Positions 45,985 to 51,728 of a DNA stretch of 64,000 nt are shown in pieces (the stretch's first letter is position 1; the number at the start of each line of letters is the position of its first letter). Made by a program: the position numbers and the translations under genes. Origin of the DNA: Candidatus Saccharimonadales bacterium (GTDB lineage: Bacteria; Patescibacteriota; Saccharimonadia; Saccharimonadales; UBA4665). Under the pieces are notes generated by a model. That model ran no database searches. It was given only the letters and a program-made list of their open reading frames with translations, and was not told the DNA's origin. The stretch lies in NCBI GenBank assembly GCA_044449925.1, contig JBIOIO010000004.1, positions 2,560 to 66,559 of the forward strand, given 5' to 3'.

Positions 45985-46746
45985 TCATCTTAATCTTGCT
46001 TGAATTTCTTTAGCAAGGGACTTATATGACCTAGCTCCTTTGCTCCATCTGTCATGTTCAAATATGGTTTTCCCGTAACTCGGTGCTTCGGCCAGCCGAA
46101 CATTTCTGGGAATAATAGTTTTAAAGAGTTTATCACCAAAATAATTATGTATTTCAGAGTAAACTTGTTCGCTTAGAGAATTTCGCTTATCAAACATTGT
46201 CAGAACAATACCCAAAAGCTCTAATTGCGGATTAGTTGAGTTTCTCACTGCCTGAATTGTGTTTAGGAGTTGCGACAAACCCTCGAGAGCATAATATTCT
46301 GCTTGAACGGGTATAAGAACGGAGTCGGCGGCAGTCAAAGCGTTAATAGTTAGAAGCCCAAGCGAAGGTGGGCAATCAATGACTACGTAATCAAAGCCAT
46401 TGTTATTTAGTGATTTTCGTAAAATAAACTCTCTTTGTGCTTTTGAGACCAATTCCACCTCGGCCCCCGCCAAGTTTGAGTTTGCCGGGATTATAGATAA
46501 TTGTGCGACGTTGGTTTTTTGTATAACACTGCTAAGCAATGCATCGTCACAAATAACATTATAGATATTTTGCTTTGTATGCTCTTTTAGTATGCCAAGT
46601 CCACTGCTCGCATTTCCCTGCGGGTCAAAGTCTATGAGCAATACACTTTGTTTTCCTGTGGCCAACTGAGCGGCAATATTTATCGCAGTAGTTGTTTTAC
46701 CAACTCCTCCTTTTTGATTGACCACAGCCATTATCTTTTTTGTCAT
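45985..46746 (-). CDS. parA: chromosome partitioning ATPase ParA/Soj
   Basis: Deviant Walker A NQKGGVGKTTT. The ATG at 46746 (MTKKIMAVVNQKGG) is preferred over the track TTG at 46758. Confidence 0.92.
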   Translation of the reverse strand: MTKKIMAVVNQKGGVGKTTTAINIAAQLATGKQSVLLIDFDPQGNASSGLGILKEHTKQNIYNVICDDALLSSVIQKTNVAQLSIIPANSNLAGAEVELVSKAQREFILRKSLNNNGFDYVVIDCPPSLGLLTINALTAADSVLIPVQAEYYALEGLSQLLNTIQAVRNSTNPQLELLGIVLTMFDKRNSLSEQVYSEIHNYFGDKLFKTIIPRNVRLAEAPSYGKTIFEHDRWSKGARSYKSLAKEIQARLR

Positions 46747-46884
46747 ATACTTTTCCAATCGCTACAGTAAAGTATACCATTTAACTTCCCTGACTATAGA
46801 TCTAATCTGTTATTTATTGAAGGCTAGTATTATTAGGCTAGCTCTTTAGTGAAATATTTCTATAGTTTTTAGCACCAACTACTT

Positions 46885-46910
46885 TAGCCCCCGCGCTTCC
46901 TTAGGGGCTA
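46885..46910 (-). terminator. GC-rich hairpin between the small-ORF cluster and parA (possible terminator or processing element, no U-tract)
   Basis: TAGCCCC-N12-GGGGCTA, a 7-bp perfect stem. It is the only GC-rich element in an AT-rich stretch. No clear U-tract on either strand, hence the low confidence. Confidence 0.3.
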
Positions 46911-46930
46911 TAACATCTATGTGATGGTTA

Positions 46931-47053
46931 CTATATGGTTTTAAAGCTAGGATCGTTCAGAATCAGTTGTCTAAGCTGTTCCTGCTGTTTTCTTTCAGTA
47001 CGGGAAAGTCTTTTAAGTAATCTGTCATCTTGCTTTTTTTTACGATATTTCAT
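46931..47053 (-). CDS. candidate small ORF, 40 aa, highly basic helical peptide
   Basis: Hand translation: MKYRKKKQDDRLLKRLSRTERKQQEQLRQLILNDPSFKTI. The ATG overlaps the TGA of the upstream 99-aa ORF (ATGA). Below the ORF-track size cutoff. Confidence 0.3.
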   Translation of the reverse strand: MKYRKKKQDDRLLKRLSRTERKQQEQLRQLILNDPSFKTI

Positions 47054-47349
47054 TGAATTTCTTTTTTGTTAACTTTTAAGCTGATCTTTTTCGAATATTT
47101 TGCTAGAGACCCATAAAAGGCGCCGGAACTGTATTTCGGTAGGATAAGAATGTATTCATTTTGGCTTTTTACGTTTTTACGCTTTTTTTCTTTGAAAAGA
47201 TCCATATGAATTGTATTACTAAAGTAGTTTAAATGTAAAGCATTTTGTTTATATTTATGCAAATAGTCCAAGTTCTGAGACTTTTTTTTAAATATATTCC
47301 AGGATTTATCTATGCAAATGATATTTATTACTATTAATAAATATTCCAT
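47050..47349 (-). CDS. candidate ORF, 99 aa, Lys-rich with hydrophobic N-terminus, no recognised family
   Basis: The only track ORF in the AT-rich island. It is flanked by tightly coupled small ORFs. Its composition could also arise by chance in AT-rich DNA. Confidence 0.35.
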   Translation of the reverse strand: MEYLLIVINIICIDKSWNIFKKKSQNLDYLHKYKQNALHLNYFSNTIHMDLFKEKKRKNVKSQNEYILILPKYSSGAFYGSLAKYSKKISLKVNKKEIQ

Positions 47350-47353
47350 GGAG

Positions 47354-47500
47354 TTAGCGCCTAAATTTAAGTAAAAAACTTATGGACTGAAACTTAAAGG
47401 GCCTCCTAAGCATTTCGCCTGGAGACCCGTTTCGTTTTTTATTTGATTTAAACTGTTTGTTGGCAAGGGCCAGCAGCTTTGTTACACCAACCCCGTACAT
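47354..47500 (-). CDS. candidate small ORF, 48 aa, basic
   Basis: Hand translation: MYGVGVTKLLALANKQFKSNKKRNGSPGEMLRRPFKFQSISFLLKFRR. AAGAGGA lies 6 nt upstream of the ATG, and the stop is 4 nt before the next ORF's ATG. Confidence 0.3.
   Translation of the reverse strand: MYGVGVTKLLALANKQFKSNKKRNGSPGEMLRRPFKFQSISFLLKFRR
47399..47444 (+). terminator. intrinsic-terminator-like hairpin oriented on the plus strand (antisense to the small-ORF cluster)
   Basis: GGGCCTCC-N14-GGAGACCC (7 of 8 bp) followed by GTTTCGTTTTTTATTT. It lies inside the 48-aa ORF on the opposite strand. Confidence 0.3.
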
Positions 47501-47831
47501 CTAGTATCCTCTTAAGACCCCCTGCTCATCAAGTGCTTTTTGAACAAAAATACTATGCGTTTTTTTATGTTAAATAATGCAATTATATAAATTAATTCGT
47601 TGTTTTAATTAGTACGATTTTTTAATTTGTGTCTGTTATCCTAATAATATGATCAATATAAATAGATTTATATAAACTTATTACGTTGTTAATAAATCTA
47701 CTATTAAAATATACATAAAAACTTTTCCACAGTCGTTTTCTACAATAGTTTTAGAATAACTATACGGTACATTAGGGGGTATCGTTCATGATTCACTTAA
47801 AAATGTACAAAATAGTCGTCTTTAGATTTTA

Positions 47832-48143
47832 CTAAAGAGTAATTTTTGAAATCTTAAGAACAGTTTTGTGTTGCCTATGACCACGAACCTTGCGTACCCG
47901 CTTCTTTGACTTGTAGCGGATAGAGGTTACTTTATCTGTTTGCTTATCTTGCTCAATGACTTCAGCAACCACCTTTGCTTTTTCTAGCGTAGGCTTGCCG
48001 ATCTCAACCTTTGAGTCATCAATAATGAGTAATGGTACAAAAGTATGGCTTTTAGAGTCATCAGATAAGAGCTCTACCTCTATGATCTCGCCTTCTGACA
48101 CAATGTACTGCTTACTACCGGTCTGTATTACTGCTTTTTTCAT
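47832..48143 (-). CDS. rplU: 50S ribosomal protein L21
   Basis: 103 aa. MKKAVIQTGSKQYIVSEGEIIEVE matches the L21 N-terminus. Confidence 0.93.
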   Translation of the reverse strand: MKKAVIQTGSKQYIVSEGEIIEVELLSDDSKSHTFVPLLIIDDSKVEIGKPTLEKAKVVAEVIEQDKQTDKVTSIRYKSKKRVRKVRGHRQHKTVLKISKITL

Positions 48144-48270
48144 CTACTGTCTACCAAATATAGGTGTTAGGAAAATAAAGTTACCGATAGATCATACCAA
48201 AAAAGGCCGCCCCTGTAAAGGACCGCTTAAGGAACAACTTGAGTTAATACTGAATTTAAAATGAAGGCGT

Positions 48271-51186
48271 TTAAGACGCTTTAGCTAATCTAATAGTCAT
48301 CACATCGGAATCTAGCTTAACTTCCGCCTGAAAACCCTTTAAATCGGCTGTATTAAGTGATTTAGCTAGAGTTTCATGCATAATAGTATCCTTCATTGAA
48401 TTTGACTCTAGAACATTTTGGAAATCTGGGTGTGACGACTCTAGAACAAGGTCAATACGATCATCAACTTCAAGTTCAGCCGATTTGCGTGCCTGCTGAA
48501 CATTTCGAATAATTTCTCTCATTATTCCTTCAAGCTTTAGTTCGGGTGTAATAGTAAGGTTAATCTGTACTATAGGTGATCCTCCACCTTGCGCTACCTC
48601 TTTGGATGATAGCTTCTTGACTCTTTCAATACTCTTTACATTAAGCTCTTCCCTCACTATTTCGTCATATTCCGAATCTATGTGGTGTTCTGGATCCATA
48701 ACAGATATGGATTGAAGTGGTTGGCGCACCTTTATGCCAGCACTGGCTCTTTGGGCTAGTCCCTCTGTTATTACTTGTCTGGTAAAACTCATTTTACTAA
48801 TAACAAGCTGGTCGATGTGCCCCGCTAAGGGCCAGTCTAACAGATGAACAGATTCGCCGCCGGTGAGATTTATGTATAGTTCTTCTGCTAAGAATGGTGT
48901 AAATGGCGCCAATATCATGCTCAGTTGAACCAATACATAATGAAGTGTCTTATATGCATCCTGCTTGTCGCTATCATCACCGGACTTCCAATATCTTTTC
49001 CGGCTTCTACGCACGTACCAATTGCTCGCGTCATCAATGAACGGCAGTACCGGCTTTAGGGCGTTTGGTAGGTCATAGCGTTGCATATGCGTGTCTACTT
49101 CACTGTTTAGCTCATGAACTCTTGAGACTATCCACCTATCCAGAGGATTATCCAAATCTTCGCACGGATCCTCACTCTTACCATCCCACTCCCAGTTGTC
49201 TATATCTGCATAAAGCGTGAAAAAGTCATACATATTCCATATCATCGAAAGCTTTCTGGATATATCGGCCACCTCTTTATCCTGCATTGTAAAGTCTTCG
49301 CCTGCGAGCAATGGCGAGCTTAAGAATAGGAAGCGCAGTGCATCGGCACTATACTTATCCATTAACTCATTGGGGTCCGTATAATTACCGAAACTTTTAC
49401 TCATTTTGCGGCCATCATTACCGGCAATGGTGCCATGTACGAGAGCGGTTTGAAATGCAGGCTGATCAAATAGTCCTACACTCACCGCATGTAGATAATA
49501 AAACCATGCCCTTACTTGGGGAATATACTCGACAACAAAATCCCCAGGGAAGTTTTGCTCAAATTTTAAGGTGTTCTCAAATGGATAATGGAACTGAGCA
49601 AACGGCATCGATCCGCTCTCAAACCAACAGTCCATTACTTTGTCTATTCTTTTGTACTTTATGCCATCTATCTCGAAGGTTACATCATCTATCCAAGGTC
49701 TGTGGTAATCCTCAAGCTCGACACCTGATAAATCTTTAAGTTCAGCATAACTTCCTACTACCTTAATATGTTCTTTTCCGTCTTTATCAATGCCTTTCCA
49801 GACGGGAATAGCGGTTGCCCAAAAGCGATCGCGACTTAAGTTCCAGTCTGGTGCAGACTGGACCGTTTTAGCAAATCTTCCCTGTTTTATGTGCTCGGGA
49901 AACCAATGAATTGAAGAATTGTCTTCTAGCATTTTCTTCCGCTGGCCTTCAATATCCATAAACCAGCTGGGATGAGCCCTGTACATAAGCCTTGTGCCAC
50001 ATCTGTGACAATGAGGATAGCTGTGCCTATAATAGTCTATCTTCCAGACAATACCTCTCTCATGAAGAGTTTTGGCTATTATCTTATTAGACTCCCAAAC
50101 TTGCTGTCCTTTCCACTCACCTTCAGTATAGAATCCATTTTCGTCTATGACGGAGACGCATGGGAACTTTTTGGCTTTAGCGAGTTCATAATCTTCTTCT
50201 CCATAGGCAGGTGCTAGATGAACTACTCCCGTTCCTTCATCAAGTGTTACATAGTCGGCATCCCAGATTTTATGAGCGTTTTCACCCCTGTCCTGGAATA
50301 AAGGCTTGTAGCTTTTTCCAACCAATTCTTTACCTTTAAATTTTCTAAGTATTTTATAAGGCAATACATTGTGTTTTTCATCTGTAAATACCTTGTTAAG
50401 CAGCTTATGGGCAACTATATAATTTTGACCGTCTAGTTCAACTTCAGCGTATTCAGCTTTTGAGTTTATTGCCGTAGCCGTATTGGCCGGCAAAGTCCAA
50501 GGCGTTGTCGTCCAGGCTAGAAGAGAAGCAGAACCATCTTCCAGCTCAAATTTTACGTATACTGAAGGATCTGTAACATCCTTATATGAATTATCCATAG
50601 CTACTTCAGCTTTACTTATAGGGGTAGCGTCTCTTGAACAATATAGGAGTACTTTTTCACCTTCGTATATTTTTCCTTTTTCATAAAGCTGCTTAAAAGC
50701 CCACCAAACTGACTCCATATAATCCTTGTCCATAGTCTTATATGCGCCCTTAAAATCCACCCATCTCCCTATTCGATCAATAGTGTCTTCCCACTCACTG
50801 CCAGTCTGAACCATATTCTCACGGCAAGTATTTATATAGTCTTCGAGGCTTACTTTTGTACCAATGTCTCTACGATCCTTAATCCCTAACTTCTGCTCAG
50901 TAAACACCTCTGCCGGTAGCCCGTGACAGTCCCATCCCCAAACTCGTTCAACTCGTTTTCCTTTCATAGTCCAATATCGTGGTACTGCGTCTTTAACTAT
51001 GCTGGTAAGTAAGGTACCGTGATGCGGTACTCCGGTAATAAATGGAGGTCCGTCGTAAAACACATAGGCATTATCTTCCGGACGTAACTCGACAGATTTC
51101 TCGAATGTCTTATTTTTCTTCCAATGCTGCACCAGTTCCTTCTCATATTGACTGGCTGGTTTTCGGCTGTTCTTCTTGAAATTCAT
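48271..51186 (-). CDS. ileS: isoleucine--tRNA ligase
   Basis: 971 aa. HIGH-type motif (PHHGTLL), KMSKS (RKMSKSFGN), CP1 editing domain. Confidence 0.97.
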   Translation of the reverse strand: MNFKKNSRKPASQYEKELVQHWKKNKTFEKSVELRPEDNAYVFYDGPPFITGVPHHGTLLTSIVKDAVPRYWTMKGKRVERVWGWDCHGLPAEVFTEQKLGIKDRRDIGTKVSLEDYINTCRENMVQTGSEWEDTIDRIGRWVDFKGAYKTMDKDYMESVWWAFKQLYEKGKIYEGEKVLLYCSRDATPISKAEVAMDNSYKDVTDPSVYVKFELEDGSASLLAWTTTPWTLPANTATAINSKAEYAEVELDGQNYIVAHKLLNKVFTDEKHNVLPYKILRKFKGKELVGKSYKPLFQDRGENAHKIWDADYVTLDEGTGVVHLAPAYGEEDYELAKAKKFPCVSVIDENGFYTEGEWKGQQVWESNKIIAKTLHERGIVWKIDYYRHSYPHCHRCGTRLMYRAHPSWFMDIEGQRKKMLEDNSSIHWFPEHIKQGRFAKTVQSAPDWNLSRDRFWATAIPVWKGIDKDGKEHIKVVGSYAELKDLSGVELEDYHRPWIDDVTFEIDGIKYKRIDKVMDCWFESGSMPFAQFHYPFENTLKFEQNFPGDFVVEYIPQVRAWFYYLHAVSVGLFDQPAFQTALVHGTIAGNDGRKMSKSFGNYTDPNELMDKYSADALRFLFLSSPLLAGEDFTMQDKEVADISRKLSMIWNMYDFFTLYADIDNWEWDGKSEDPCEDLDNPLDRWIVSRVHELNSEVDTHMQRYDLPNALKPVLPFIDDASNWYVRRSRKRYWKSGDDSDKQDAYKTLHYVLVQLSMILAPFTPFLAEELYINLTGGESVHLLDWPLAGHIDQLVISKMSFTRQVITEGLAQRASAGIKVRQPLQSISVMDPEHHIDSEYDEIVREELNVKSIERVKKLSSKEVAQGGGSPIVQINLTITPELKLEGIMREIIRNVQQARKSAELEVDDRIDLVLESSHPDFQNVLESNSMKDTIMHETLAKSLNTADLKGFQAEVKLDSDVMTIRLAKAS

Positions 51187-51189
51187 TTC

Positions 51190-51428
51190 TCGGTCCTTAA
51201 TTTCCCTTTACAAATAAAAACACCTCTAGAACTTCATCGGATCCGTAAAAATTAATCTACGAAGGTACCATCCGATTTGCTTTAGAGATGTTCTTCTATA
51301 AGCACTCATTTTCGGCTATAACGGGCCTGGCCCGTTGAGGTCTACTAGGCCGAAGCTCGGCTTTTCTTCTCACTCCTCGTGGTTGATAGCCACTCTAGCG
51401 GATTTCCCAAATTGTACAGGCTATTGTA
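51190..51428 (-). promoter_or_regulatory. probable T-box leader (Ile specifier) with intrinsic terminator upstream of ileS
   Basis: On the minus strand:
- a TACAAT -10 box (51428-51423);
- a GUGG-CUAUCAA-CCAC hairpin presenting AUC (51387-51385) followed by a purine in a 7-nt loop;
- a GCCGA-GCU-UCGGC hairpin;
- an F-box-like CCGUUA;
- the T-box-like AAAUCGGAUGGUACC, whose UGGU (51270-51267) would fit a tRNA acceptor end with an A discriminator;
- a long imperfect terminator helix (51290-51221) followed by UUUUUAUUU;
- AAGGA SD, 7 nt, then ATG. Confidence 0.6.
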
Positions 51429-51435
51429 GCACGAA

Positions 51436-51699
51436 CTAACCCTGCGCGTAAGACGCGACTTCATCAAGCCTGGGTAAAACTGGACCCTGCCATACTTTAG
51501 TCAGATATCCATCATTTTGGACTATTAATATAGCGGGGTACTGTACTACATCATATAGCGTAGCTGTGGCATCCCCGTCCCTGGTATCTACGCTTAATAC
51601 CTCAAGTCTGCTGCTATGCCTAGACTGATAGTCATGAATGAATTCTTCGGTCAATCTACCGTATTCTGAGTTAGGCCTATAAAGCACTATCACTTTCAT
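51436..51699 (-). CDS. thioredoxin/glutaredoxin-fold-like small protein lacking the CxxC active site
   Basis: 87 aa. The beta-alpha-beta pattern KVIVLYRPNSEYGRLTEEFI...QYPAILIV (cis-Pro position conserved)...GYLTKVWQG resembles NrdH/Grx, but there is no cysteine anywhere in the protein. Confidence 0.5.
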   Translation of the reverse strand: MKVIVLYRPNSEYGRLTEEFIHDYQSRHSSRLEVLSVDTRDGDATATLYDVVQYPAILIVQNDGYLTKVWQGPVLPRLDEVASYAQG

Positions 51700-51728
51700 A
51701 GCAGAAGTGTATCACAAGAGCTGTCTGT

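Noticed and set aside
46759-47831. AT-rich island next to parA/parB as the chromosomal replication origin (oriC). It has DnaA-box-like TTTTCCACA at 47721-47729 and TTATCCTAA near 47636.
   Set aside because: There is only one box within one mismatch of TTATCCACA, and the same 9-mer also occurs at about 1206 and about 55313. No dnaA or dnaN is nearby. Genes on both sides of the island, including 13 kb of essential genes to the right, are on the minus strand, so there is no leading-strand orientation switch as expected at an origin.
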